Positions 25,118 to 37,707 are shown, counted from the first letter of the whole stretch. The stretch is DNA of 63,746 bases, filler included, from Reticulomyxa filosa (GCA_000512085.1; 25 parts of 25 records of this genome joined end to end with filler, not necessarily neighbours in it), one strand, 5' to 3'. Made by a program: numbers and translations. Notes: generated by a model from the sequence alone, not told the origin.

Positions 25118-26400
25118 TTTCGACTGTTCATTTTGGGTGTTTCGTTTGTTATCTTGTATAAATCTGATCTCGCGCAAAATCGCAATATCAGATATCTGAC
25201 TAGTAAAAAAAAATTTTTATCACGATAAAAAATTACTAGTTAAAAAAAAATTTCTTGCAGAATAAGAAATCTGCTAAGACGTGAATTAGCAGAGATTAAG
25301 TCAGTATTCCAGCAATTACAATCCTATTACAATCAATTAGCTCGACGTTGACTCATATGAAATCGATCAAGAGATGAAATCAACATTGCAATACCAATAT
25401 GCAAGCAGATCAGCAGTGGAGTGAGACAGGAAGATCTGTAATGTTATGTCATTTATTGTATCCAATGGATTACATATTATCAATGCATTGCCATTTGACT
25501 GCACGTTCATGAAAGATAATGCGGCATCAAGCATTATGTTCGTCGTGCTATATGAGAGCTGGCAAGCAATTACGAAGGAAATTGCAATTAGAAAAGTATC
25601 AACATATGGTAAACAGCATCAATTTGCTGCATAAAGTGAATATAAGAAATTTATTTACACCAGCATTGGTGAACAAGGAGACAAGTTCAGTTGCAAGATC
25701 AGATTGATAAAGCATATTGGCAAAGGCATTCGCAGAGCCTCCAAAAGATGTTGATGAAAACATTATGAAATGATTGAAGATGATATCAGATTTAAAGTGG
25801 CGATTCCAACTCCAGCCATTGTGGATCTTGAATGATAAGTCCTGCTTCTCACTTCCATCACAAAATATTACAGTGCAACCGAAATCCAATGATGACAAAA
25901 TTTCATCTGCCGACCTGATCATCTGATACATTTGTGATACAACTTCAACTCTTCTTGTTTTTGTCGTAATTCAAGAGGAAATAAGTAACTGATTATAAGC
26001 AGTCTGATTCATCACATTGCAATCCTTTGTATCCTTTCTAGCAAAGTCTGGATATCCAGTTGGTCAAATAAACGGAAGATGTTACTTGCAGCTGATAAGA
26101 TGCAATGCATCAATTCCCAAAGATGCAATTGACATTACAGAGCTCAAACCTGAAAGAATGCGATCGTGTGAAATATCTTGAATTGTTTCTTGATTATTAC
26201 ATGACTTATTCTAAGCATGTCAATTACATCTACGGCAAAGCATCGAGGAAACTTGGATATTTAACATACCAATGTTCACGCAAAAGTCTATCTACGTATA
26301 ATCTATTTACAAGACCATTATTCGTCCGAGTCTCCAGTATTTTGGAATGATGCAGCAGACACTCATAAGAGACTATTGCAATGATTGCAATTGATCATCC
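25118..26400 (+). mobile_element. Decayed non-LTR retrotransposon (LINE) with shared 5' flank
   Basis: Fragments CDRVKYLELFLDYYMTYSKHVNYIYGKASRKLG and LSTYNL match RT thumb region and 46160-46387; 5' tcgactgttcatttt matches reverse complement of 47647-47661. Confidence 0.7.
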
Positions 26401-26787
26401 ATTTCATCGACATCACTTGTGTCTAAAGTGCCACGTCATCAGCAAACATTCCACTTGATGAATAACTGTTGGTAAATCATTGATGTACAGTAGAATAATA
26501 TTTACAACTCTTCCGAGTCGATCTGATAAGAAGCTATCAATCCACCAATATAATCCTGCNNNNNNNNNNNNNNNNNNNNNNNNNNNNNNNNNNNNNNNNN
26601 NNNTTAATTAATTAANNNNNNNNNNNNNNNNNNNNNNNNNNNNNNNNNNNNNNNNNNNNACAACTTTTTTTTTCAAAATTTTTATCTCAATGATGAAGGT
26701 ATATTTTTTTTTTTAAGAATGAATCGAGATAGTGGTCCAACACTTGAAACGCCCCCACTGCAACCCATCTAAAATAATAAAAAACAT

Positions 26788-26992
26788 CCAAAATGAACAG
26801 TCGAACAAAATAATATTAACAAGAAAGAATAAATAAGCCAAAATGGCAATATCAACCAACATTCACATGCTTTATAAGTTTTAAATTTTATTTTTTGTTT
26901 TGGTTTGCTTTAATTTGTTAAAAGATTTGAATTGAATCTCAATATTTTTCTGAGACTTCAACACTTCGAAAGCGAGGCTCAGAGGATTCAGT
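26788..26992. repeat. Copy of the LINE-associated upstream module (matches 47646-47872)
   Basis: Near-colinear: aaaatgaacagtcga, taaataagccaaaatg, tttaaattttattttttgtttt, ctgagacttcaacacttc, gaggattc. Confidence 0.85.
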
Positions 26993-28459
26993 TGAGCATT
27001 AGCATTACTCCTGTAATTCCCCCTGACCATTCCACAGTGAAGAGCCAAATTTGTTTTCATTCTTGCTAAAAAAAAATTTTTGAGACTTCAGCAAGTGGTG
27101 ACGTCGTATGCTTCGAAGGTAAATCTCCATCAAATTAAAATGTATAAAATTCAACACTCTCCGTTATCATCAATTACAAATTGAATAAAACTATTACAAT
27201 CAAAAAACAAAACAAAAATAAACATAAAAATTGTTGAAGCATTTCAAGTCGTTGATTTCCTGGCCTTTTCTTTAGTTTCCAGGCCTTCAGTTTTGGGCCT
27301 TCAGTAGCTTTTTCTTTGGTTTTAGTGCCTTCAGTTCTTTTTCTTGCGGAGCGAGTGTTTTTTGCACATCTTAATGAGATCTGCCTTACCATTATATTTG
27401 ATTCTTGAACCAATTCCATGTGTTGTATTTTGTCACAACATTTCTTGTATTATCATATTATATTAAAAACACATTGCTTCGGCCGTCCTGATCGCCTTTA
27501 TAATCTTGTAATCATCTATTTGTTTTCGGTTTTGTCACATTTCAGCATAATCGTAGTTCTTCAAAACAGAAAAAACCTAATATTTGCTTCGATATTGCTA
27601 ATTTCTCAAACGCATCTAACATTCTTAACGCAAGCTTCCTGTTTCCAGTAAAATAGTTACTATACCAGTTATCAGTAGTTTCCACTTCGTTTTCTTAAAG
27701 CAACTAATGTCAATATATTCTTGAAGTTTTAAAAGCACTTCCACATGTCACGGTCACACACCACACATATACTGAACTGACGACACCTGTAAATGAATTG
27801 TAACTTTTTTTNNNNNNNNNNNNNNNNNNNNNNNNNNNNNNNNNNNNNNNNNNNNTTAATTAATTAANNNNNNNNNNNNNNNNNNNNNNNNNNNNNNNNN
27901 NNNNNNNNNNNGAAAATGCGCTTCAATTTTTGCATCAATAATATTTTATTTTTTTATTGCAAAAAGAACTTTAAAAAATCCCGTCTGCAGTCATTTTAAG
28001 CTCACTTCTTCCTTGCTGTTATCTCAGCCTCATGAATCTGCCATAAAAAAACAAATATATTTTGATTTAAGAATGTTTACATTATTTAAGTTTTTTTGTA
28101 CAAAGCGATAATTTGGAAAATTTATTTTCATGAAGAAAAACAAGATTTGTTTTTTTGATAGAACTAATAGTTTGTTATTTACTTGAGGATACAGACTTTT
28201 AAATACAAGCAAGTAGTCTTGACAAAGAGCTACGAAAGAGTTTGTTCAGTCTTTTTTTTTTGTGGTTTTTAATTGCCCCCTTTGTTGATCTTCAGAAAAA
28301 ACATTTCATATAACAAAATGAATTCTAATCTTGAAATTTTGTTTTTTTTTAAATGTACAAGTTATTCGTAAAAAATAAACAGAATGATGTATGTATAAAT
28401 CTTGGTTAAGTGTTGAAACAAAAATAGTCAAGTCGAGTATATCAAGTAGGCTTTTGTTA

Positions 28460-29100
28460 TTATTGAACCTGATCTGCGACATCTCCTTGCTCAAGCGGTC
28501 GTCTGCAATTGACGACTGGATGGACTCGTTATGGTTGATGATACTAACGAACTGGGGAACGTCGGCGTTCACTTTCTGTCGAACTTGTGTCGTTGAACTG
28601 CAGCAAGTCGGCAATGATCGAGTTTGTGCAAATTGAACACTGGATAATGAATCGTCTAAGCCACACGGTGAATTCGCAGGGCTTGTGTTTTTTCTTCGAT
28701 TCGAAAACAGGTGTGTCTCCCAAAGACTACAACTGGTTCCTCGCTGTCGTTGATATTGTCTCCGGTGTATATCGAGTGGTATCTCTCTTCAACTGTGGAG
28801 TATTGGTCAATTTCACTATCGACATGCACACAAATCACATTGTCTGCAGTAGAATGTTGGGTGAGTGTGTACCAAACGATACCATCATAACGTTTCAAAG
28901 ACACACGTTCTTGCAATTCCATATGCTTGCAGCACATTGTCATAGTGACCGTTTGGCCATATTCGATTATGGACGAATATTGGCTTCGCATGCAATGATC
29001 ACACACAATTTTCTTCCCTTCCGGCCGTATTCGTTGTTTCCTTTGCATTTTCACCAATGCTAATCACACAAGTAATCCAATCATCTTCGCACATGTTCTA
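28460..29100 (-). pseudogene. Degraded gene, possibly FHA region of a kinesin-3-like protein
   Basis: IRPEGKKIVCDHC and TGD...VVFGRHTCFRI resemble FHA strands; frames broken. Confidence 0.3.
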
Positions 29101-29379
29101 TTAGCCTGCATATGTACCAGTCCCGTCTAGGATGGTTTCAGCTCTGGTAGTAATCTCTTTCGTTGTTGGAGCCAGACAAGCCTATTTGCTGTACGTTCAT
29201 CACTTTGNNNNNNNNNNNNNNNNNNNNNNNNNNNNNNNNNNNNNNNNNNNNTTAATTAATTAANNNNNNNNNNNNNNNNNNNNNNNNNNNNNNNNNNNNN
29301 NNNNNNNAATTTTTTTTTTTTTTTTTTTTTTGTATATAAAAACGTATACATACATGCAAAACAAACAAACAAAAAAAGC

Positions 29380-29971
29380 ACACTATGCCAAAATGTACGA
29401 TTTGTTTTTGGACCGACTGGCGTATGCCCGTGAATCGAATGAAAGGTTCCAGAAATGGATAAAGAATCAGGAACGCGTGTTTTCGTCGGAGTTGAGCCAC
29501 TTGCGGATGCAGTCGCTGCTGATCATGCCGGTGCAGAGACTGCCCCGATACTTGCTGCTGTTGCAAGACATGATTCGGTATTGCAAGCAGCTGAAAGAAG
29601 AAGAGGAGGACACGAGCTTCATCGAGCTGGCGAACAGCGAAATTACCAACGTGTCCAAGCGCGTGAACGAGATGGTGCGGCAAAGAGAAAATCGAGAGAG
29701 CTTACAGGAATTGCAAAATCGATTTGTGGGCAAACGCAGACAAAGTCTAGTGCGATCCAATCGCGTCTTAATTTACGAAGGCGTCTTGACCAAGGTTCGA
29801 CGCTATCGCTTGAAATACTATTTCCATCTATTTAATGACGTCCTCGTCTACTCCTCTTTCACCAAACATAACTTTTTTCAATTGCATCGCATCATCGACT
29901 TGAGTCATGTCAAAGTGCAAGATTTGCCCAATGTTTTGGTCCTTTCGTCCAATACGAATATTACTAATAAC

Positions 29972-30029
<58 letters not shown>

Positions 30030-30423
30030 CAAAAACATCTCCTTTTACTCCTATTCATAAAGAAGCATTTGACTTACAAACTTTTTCGAAACTTCCAGGC
30101 AAACCAAGACCTTCTTGGAACTTTTCGGAAACGACGCATACGCACACACTGGCGACGCCGTCCCATGATAATGACGACAGACACAATGGCAGCAAGTGCT
30201 ACTATCGCTTTTTGCTTCAAAGCACGGACAAGTCGTTTGAACTGTACGCCGACACGAAGGAGGAAAAAAACAATTGGCTGTGGCTGATCCAAGCCGCCGT
30301 TGTGCGTTTGCACAAAAACAATGGCAATGGTAATGGTAATGACAATAATGACAATAATGACAATAATGATAATAATGACGAAGAGGGCTGTCGTAACCAT
30401 TATTATGACAATGATTGTTTACA
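29380..30423 (+). CDS. DH-PH RhoGEF (FGD-like), internal exon
   Basis: QSLLIMPVQRLPRYLLLLQDM (DH), RVLIYEGVLTK..YFHLFNDVLVY and KSFELYADTKEEKNNWL (PH); poly-Asn insert inside the PH domain. Confidence 0.92.
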
Positions 30424-30523
30424 NNNNNNNNNNNNNNNNNNNNNNNNNNNNNNNNNNNNNNNNNNNNTTAATTAATTAANNNNNNNNNNNNNNNNNNNNN
30501 NNNNNNNNNNNNNNNNNNNNNNN

Positions 30524-30612
30524 ATGGTTCCGCAAATGGGCTGTCACCGGTAGAGTACGAGAAGCAGTATTTCCAACGGCTCAAGAGTGTCTAGAGAAGC
30601 TGGGGCGATTCA
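30524..30612 (+). mobile_element. IS3-family insertion sequence, 3' end of OrfB and right inverted repeat
   Basis: (H)GSANGLSPVEYEKQYFQRLKSV* is a typical IS3 OrfB C-terminus; followed by tgtctagagaagctggggcgattCA ending in CA. Confidence 0.85.
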
Positions 30613-30690
30613 CTGAGTCTTAAAACGACGCCCCCTCACTACACTCTCCAGAAACTTGTAACTCACTGGAAGTATAGGGAGGGGGCTAGT

Positions 30691-30757
30691 TGTGTCAAAT
30701 TATATTAGTTTGTGTCAAATTATATTGTTTTGTGTCAAAAACTATTGTTGCTCCACA
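30691..30757 (-). mobile_element. Tn7-like transposon end with three contiguous 20-bp TnsB-type sites, inserted at attTn7
   Basis: Terminal 5'-TGT (aca 30755-30757); repeats tgtgtcaaattatattagtt, tgtgtcaaattatattgttt, tgtgtcaaaaactattgttg; 25 bp from the glmS stop. Confidence 0.85.
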
Positions 30758-30782
30758 TCAGTGGTGCTGCCTGCGGCCAACC

Positions 30783-32434
30783 TTATTCCACGGTGACCGA
30801 TTTGGCCAGGTTGCGCGGTTTGTCCACGTCGGTGCCACGCGCCAGGGCGACGTGGTAGGCCAGGATCTGTACCGGGATGGAGTGCACGATGGGGCTGAGC
30901 ACGCCCACGTGGCGCGGGGTGCGGATGACGTGTACGCCGTCGGAATCGACAAAGTGGCTATCGGCGTCGGCAAACACAAACAGTTCACCGCCACGGGCGC
31001 GCACTTCCTGCATGTTGGATTTCACTTTTTCCAGCAGCACGTCGTTGGGGGCAATCACCACTACCGGCATGTTTTCGTCCACCAGCGCCAGCGGGCCGTG
31101 CTTCAGTTCGCCGGCCGGGTAGGCTTCGGCGTGGATGTAGGAAATTTCCTTCAGCTTCAGCGCGCCTTCCAGCGCGATGGGGTAATGCAGGCCACGGCCA
31201 AGGAACAGCGCGTCGTTCTTGGCGGCAAACTGGCTGCTCCAGGCTTTGATCTGCGGCTCCAGGTTCAGCGCGTGCTGCACGCTGCCCGGCAGGTGGCGCA
31301 GTTCGTCCAGGTATTGCGCCTCTTGCTCGGCACTAACGCGGCCGCGTACCTTGCCCAGCGTCACCGCCAGCGCAAACAGGCTGACCAGCTGGGTGGTGAA
31401 GGCCTTGGTGGAGGCGACGCCGATTTCGGCGCCGGCGCGGGTGTAGAACACCAGTTCGGACGCGCGCGGGATGGCGGATTCGCGTACGTTACAGATGGAC
31501 AACGCATGCTGGTGGCCCAGGCTCTTGGCGTATTTCAGCGCTTCCATAGTGTCCAGCGTTTCGCCGGACTGCGAGATGGTCACCACCAGGTGGTTCGGGT
31601 CGGCGTAGGCGTCGCGGTAGCGGTATTCGCTGGCGATTTCCACGTCGCAGACCACGCCGGCGATGCTTTCGATCCAGTATTTGGCGGTGAGGCCGGCATA
31701 GTAGCTGGTGCCGCAGGCCAGGATCTTCACGCCGCTCAGTTGCGGCAGTATGTTGGCCGCAGCCGGGCCGAACAGCTCGGGCACGAAGCCGTCGTCCAGC
31801 ACCACTTCGATGGTGTCGGACAGCGCTTTCGGCTGTTCGTGGATTTCTTTCTGCATGAAGTGGCTGTACGGGCCCAGCTCCAGCGAGGCCAGCGACACGT
31901 CGGACACGTGCACTTTGCGTTCTACCGGCTGGTCATCCTTGTCGATCAGCTTCACGCTGCTACGGGTGAGGTGGCCGATGTCGCCTTCTTCCAGGAAGAT
32001 GACGCGACGGGTGGCCGACAGCACGGCGGAAACGTCGGAGGCGATGAAGTTTTCGCCTTCGCCCAGGCCCACCAGCAGCGGGCAGCCCATGCGCGCGCAC
32101 ACCAGTTCGTCGGGGCGGTCCAGCGCGATGACGCCGATGGCGTAGGCGCCGGTCAGCTCGCGGGTGGCGCGGTGTACGGCGCGGAACAGGTCTTTTTCTG
32201 CCACGTAGTACTGGTGTACCAGGTGGGCGATCACTTCGGTGTCGGTCTGCGATTCAAAGGTGTAGCCGGCGGCTTTCAGGGCTTCGCGCTTTTCTTCGTG
32301 GTTTTCGATGATCCCGTTGTGCACCACGGCGATCAGGCCGTGCGACACGTGTGGGTGGGCGTTGTACTCGGTAACGCCGCCGTGGGTGGCCCAGCGGGTG
32401 TGACCGATGCCGAGCTGGCCTTCTACCTGCTCGG
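30783..32434 (-). CDS. glmS: Glutamine--fructose-6-phosphate aminotransferase (bacterial, 5' truncated)
   Basis: [62 protein letters not shown]; GC-rich, no introns. Confidence 0.98.
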
Positions 32435-32672
32435 NNNNNNNNNNNNNNNNNNNNNNNNNNNNNNNNNNNNNNNNNNNNTTAATTAATTAANNNNNNNNNN
32501 NNNNNNNNNNNNNNNNNNNNNNNNNNNNNNNNNNACACTTCAAGTGGAATAATCATCAATAACAATTATATTATTTTTTTTTTTAATAGAGTTTTAAGTG
32601 TACGTATCCCCCTCCCCCCCCTATTCCTTTCAAAAGTACCGTTTAATGTGTACTCGATTTTTGGTGACCTAC

Positions 32673-33088
32673 CCATGGTTGGTTGTCTTTGATTATATTT
32701 TTCCAATACAATTTGTCCAAAGATTGTCGATTGTGTAGCTTTTGGTCCAGATGTGTTGCTATGCCATGCAGGGAGTGGGCTAGCGTTGTGTCAATCAAAA
32801 TTCCTCTTTGCGCCAAGGCATCGCGGGAAGGTCTAGAAAGAAGACTTTCTTCCAACACACGAGATCTTCTGCGAATTTCTCGCCGGTCCTGTTCGTTTTA
32901 TTTTATGCCGTGTTTTTAGCTTAGACAACTATCTTCGATGAAATGTCTTCAATATGTTTTCTTTCTGTCTGCTGCTCCTAACACCTCCCCTTCTCTCCTT
33001 CTAAAGAGGCCAACAAGACCAGACATGAACAACCAAAACCTACCAAAGGCCGGTAATCCACTCCTTCATTCAATTCATTGTCTGCCAT
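32673..33088 (-). CDS. RPEL-repeat (G-actin-binding) protein, 5' exons
   Basis: Spliced MADNELNE...; LEESLLSRPSRDALAQRGIL and LDQKLHNRQSLDKLYWKNII fit the LxxxLxxRPxxxxLxxxxIL consensus. Confidence 0.75.
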
Positions 33089-34007
33089 CTTTTCGATGAC
33101 CAAAGAGGAGATATGGATGGAACTCAAAATCTCGTTAACACTTAACAAACTTTTAACGGGGAATCTTTACTTTGGTGTTTTCATCATTCCTGAAGTATGT
33201 TTAACATGCACAAATAGCTTCGAAAGTTATCAAAAATTGCAATTATGGATGCCATAAGTTCATCAATGCAAAAAATGCTGAAAAAATAATTAATATAAGT
33301 TATATCTCATCTTAAAAGAAATCTGGATGGCAAGAGTCTAAAAAAAAATTGCTACTCTATGGTCCATGAAAAAAAATGTTAAAAGACTTGCCATCGATTA
33401 TCTTTTTTGTAAAAAGTGGGTAATTTATATTGTATTCGTTAGTCTAACCAAGATTTATTGAATTCTATTATTAATTCATAACTGAAGTCGTTTGTAGTGA
33501 AATTAGTTGCATTGACTTTCACAAGTGTGATTGCCCTTTTGAGCAATTTCAAATAAAACTAAATAGTCAAATAGAAGGAAAGACAATAAGACAAAACAAA
33601 GAAAAAAGTATTTTGAAAAAAAGCTATGCGCTGTAAAAAAAGGAACCGTAATGATTTACGTCAAATGAAAATTTTTTATCAAATTTCGCATTTTTTTTAA
33701 GCAAATAGAACGTTTTGTGAAAAATGAAAACTTAAAATTGAACGAGCAAATTTTAAAAAATGCAAATCTTCTCAATAAATACTGCTGATCTCAATTAAAT
33801 GAAGTTATTAATAAAAAGTAGGCATAGCCACATTTTAAAGAGTATCACAATTAAAGTAAGACTGCTGTTCATTTCTAGAAAATAAAGAATGAAAATGAAT
33901 TTTCACTTCTCGAAATAGGCACTGTTTTAGCAAAGCTACAAGAAAAAGTAAAAAAAAACAAAAAAATAAAAACAAAACATATGCATTGTGGAATAATAAT
34001 ATAAACA

Positions 34008-34371
34008 ATGTTGACTGGAAAGGACTTAATTTGCCTGAATGCAACTGATTTCAGTGCTTGTGTTACAGCTTGGTTGATAGTGTTGCTCTCATGGTTTGTG
34101 GTCGCTCCTTTGATGATATATTTCACTTGGATATATCATCGGCTGAGCAGACACATGATAATCCGCCGGCGAAACACATTTGTGTGTTACACGATAATAG
34201 TTGTATGTTTCACGTACGTAATCATCGGTGTCCCGATTGATTGGTTTCTGACAACCATTCAAATCGTGCCAAACACAAAGTGGAATTATACCCTCATACG
34301 CGACTACGTCGGGTTTCATTTAGTCGCAATGGTTGTCGCGTTTGGATGGAGATTATTTGTCGTATTTTTTG
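34008..34371 (+). CDS. Multi-pass membrane protein, 5' exon (possibly 7TM-RGS/GPCR-like)
   Basis: Three TM helices with a basic IIRRRN loop after TM1; GT donor then (AT)n intron. Confidence 0.5.
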
Positions 34372-34578
34372 GTTCGGTTTATATGTACACATATATAAAG
34401 AAAGAATATATGCAAACATATACACATATATATATATATATATATAAGTTGTATTGTGTGTGTGTGTGTGTAATATACNNNNNNNNNNNNNNNNNNNNNN
34501 NNNNNNNNNNNNNNNNNNNNNNTTAATTAATTAANNNNNNNNNNNNNNNNNNNNNNNNNNNNNNNNNNNNNNNNNNNN

Positions 34579-36168
34579 AGTTATCATCACGCCATTGTCC
34601 AGTGGATAGTCGCGATCCTCATTATCATTGCCACTGCTAATATTATTGCTATTGATATTCCTATTGCTATTGCTATTCCATTCCATCACTTGCGTACATG
34701 CAACCTTGATACGCGAATGACATTGTCTGCGCCCAACGAAGCGAACATATGCTGACTGGGATTGGCGTGAGGCATGACCTTCCACACGTGTCCTTGTGGT
34801 CGACCAGTTGAAAGTGATTGAAACTCGTCCAAAGAAGACATGGTCAAAATGCCTTTTTACATTGCTGTTTGCATCGGTGTTGGACTCAATGCTATGCAGG
34901 TTCCATCCAATGACGGCGCCGCTTTGCCGGCCGTCAACAACGTGCTGTGTTGAGGCAGTAGAATTTCCACTTGCAGTGGCATTGCTCTCTGCACTCCGAA
35001 AAGGTGCAAAGAGAGCACAGCGTACAGAACCAGAGTGCTCTTGAAACAGCTGTACTTGTTGTGAGATGCGAGTGTCCCACAAACGAACAGTTTTGTCACC
35101 TGCAGAACAGATGAGACAACCCCCACCAAAACAGACAGCAAATGGAGAGTATCGAACATCAAAAACAGCATCCTTGTGTCCCTTGAACACAGTCAGTTCT
35201 TTCAAAGTGTCAACATCCCACAAACGAACAACATTGTCATCTGCGCCAGAGCAGATGGTATATCCAGCACCACCAATATCGACAACATCGCTGTCACTGT
35301 CTTTATTATTGACAATGCATTTTCCAGCACAGCCATTTGACAAAGGAGAAAACTGCACACAATTGACTCCACCTTCATGTCCCTTCAAAGTGTGTAATAT
35401 TTGAGCCTTTGAGGCATCCCACAAGCAAATTGTTTCATCCCATGACCCGGAGCATAATATTCGACCACCTTTGAACGGTGAAAAATGAACACTGGTAACA
35501 CTGTCTTTGTGTCCGGCAAAAATGCTTTCAAATTTGCCGGTTTGAATGTCGCAAAAATAAATGCATCCATTTCTTGAAGCGGAGCAAATGGCAGGACCAT
35601 GCTTTGATTCCTTTTCATCATTGCGACCGCAATGCAATGGCGAAAATTGAGCACACGTAAATGCCGATTTGCCTTTGAACAATTGCAATTGCTTGGCTGT
35701 TTGCACATCCCATAAGCGAATGCTCTGGTCCAATGACGCGGAACAAATGGTACGGCCGTCATCAAATGGACAAAACTGCACACTTGATATAATACCTTTA
35801 TGTCCCACAAGTGTCTTCACTTGCTTGGCAGAATGAAACAATTCCATCGATTGCAAATTCGTAAAAGGTGATAATGACAATGATGATGACGATGATGATA
35901 ATGATGGAATGAAATTCAAATTAATAATCGATTTAGATTCATTTTCCTTTTGTTCTTTAAGTGTTTCAATTTGTTGTTCCAATGCTTTGATTTGCTTGTC
36001 TTTTGCCATTGCCTTCTCTTCAAAGCTCTTTTGCACTGATTTCATGTGGTTGTTCAGTTTGGCCAATTGCTGACTTATTTCCATCACTTCATTCTCTTTT
36101 GCTCTCAATTGCTCCTGTGCTTTTTTTTAAGTCTTCTTTTAATACTTGCACTTCCACCATTGCCATTT
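34579..36168 (-). CDS. Coiled-coil + WD40-repeat protein
   Basis: Repeated GH...V.FSP...ICS.S.D..IRLWD units; frame break at T8 36121-36128 (indel or a 31-nt intron). Confidence 0.9.
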
Positions 36169-36341
36169 GCTTTATTTATAAAATTTTTAATTTTTGTTAT
36201 GTGCAAGACTAATTGAATAAGGACAATCAATATTATTATTANNNNNNNNNNNNNNNNNNNNNNNNNNNNNNNNNNNNNNNNNNNNTTAATTAATTAANNN
36301 NNNNNNNNNNNNNNNNNNNNNNNNNNNNNNNNNNNNNNNNN

Positions 36342-36839
36342 CAGGCGGCCTGCAGCACGTCGTCGGCGATGCGACCCGGACCGCCAAGCTTGGAGGCGTC
36401 GCCGTAGCGGTTCTCGACGACTTCCATGCCGCAATAGAGGTTGGACACGAAGTCCTGGATCGACTGGGCGGTGTATTCCATGCCGACCGGCACGTCCTTG
36501 CCCATGCGCGCGACCATCTCGCATTCGACGCCGGCCTTCAACGGCCAGCCCTTCTCGAACACCGCGCCGCTTTGCCGGATGCCGCTGGTGTAGAGGCCGG
36601 CGAAGGCCGGGCCCGAGAGCTTCAGCGGCTCGTACTGGGCGGGAACGGCGAAGGCCACCTTCCAGCCGGCAAGCTTCCAGCCGGCGGCCTCGAGCTTGTC
36701 GTGGACCGCGAACTGCACCTTGTAGGCATCGGCCTCGGACAGGCTCGCCGTCGCATCCGCGAAGCCAGTCCATCGTCGTCTTCGAGCAGCGGCCTTCGAC
36801 GATACGGTCGGCGAGTGCGGCGATTTCCTTGGCGTCCAC
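36342..36839 (-). CDS. 2-keto-4-pentenoate hydratase / FAH-superfamily protein (bacterial; one frameshift near 36758; truncated)
   Basis: GGAGG Shine-Dalgarno before GTG; DAYKVQ, GWKVA, VECEM, MEVVENRY, IADD motifs. Confidence 0.8.
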
Positions 36840-36910
36840 GGCAATTCCCTCCAGATTTGAGGGAGGGATAATTGCCGTGTCGCCGCGTCAGTGCAAGCGA
36901 TGCAGCCCTG

Positions 36911-37540
36911 TTAGGCCGCCTTCGCCGGCTGGTACTTGCCGTAGAAGCTTTCGCCCTTGGCGGCCATGTCGCGCAGCGTTGGGCACCTCGAACTGGGCAC
37001 CGTACTTCTTGGCGAACGCGTCGCACTCGGCGACGAACGTCTTGATCCCGACCTGGTCGATCAGGCTGATCGCGCCGCCGGTCTGCGGCGCGAAGCCCAG
37101 GCCCATGATCGAGCCGACGTCGCCGTCCTGCGGGTTGGTCAGCACGTTGCTCTCGAGGCAGCGCGCGGTGTCGACCGCCTGCACGTAGAGCAGGCGCTTC
37201 TTGATCTCGTCCTCCTTGGCGCGCTTGTCCTCGCCCTCGCCGTAGAGCAGCTTCGGATCGGCCGGGAAGTACTTCTCGAGTTCCGGCCACAGGCGCTTCT
37301 TGCCGTCGGCCGGATACTCGTAGAAGCCCTTGCCGTTCTTGCGGCCGAAGCGCTCCAGCTTCTTGACCATCAGCTCAAGGATGTCCTCGGTGCCGCCGCC
37401 TTCGAACTTCTGGCCGGCCGCCTCGGCGTCGCGCCGGGTCTGGTCCATGATCTTCCACGACAGGTCGATGGCGACCTCGTCGTTGAGAGACAGCGGGCCG
37501 ACCGGCATGCCGGCGTAGCGCGCGCAGTTCTCGATCATGG
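36911..37540 (-). CDS. Fatty-acid oxidation multifunctional enzyme, C-terminal 3-hydroxyacyl-CoA dehydrogenase part (bacterial; frameshift near 36979)
   Basis: AGMPVGPL..DEVAID, RFGRKNGKGFYEY, DGDVGSIMGLGFAPQTGG; true end LRDMAAKGESFY...AA* lies in the shifted frame; FadJ/FadB family. Confidence 0.88.
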
Positions 37541-37707
37541 NNNNNNNNNNNNNNNNNNNNNNNNNNNNNNNNNNNNNNNNNNNNTTAATTAATTAANNNN
37601 NNNNNNNNNNNNNNNNNNNNNNNNNNNNNNNNNNNNNNNNTTTTTTTTTTTTCTCCAATGTTCCACGAATGATAAGAAAAAGAATAAAAAAGAAAGCGAA
37701 AGCGCAC

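Noticed and set aside
30691-30750. 20-bp direct repeats as a mini CRISPR array or iterons
   Set aside because: No spacers, and no cas or rep gene visible; position next to a TGT end at attTn7 fits TnsB sites
30690-32486. 598-aa + strand ORF
   Set aside because: Antisense shadow of GC-rich glmS
30524-37540. Horizontal transfer of bacterial genes into the eukaryote
   Set aside because: Bacterial sequences fill entire separate contigs; adjacency comes from concatenation
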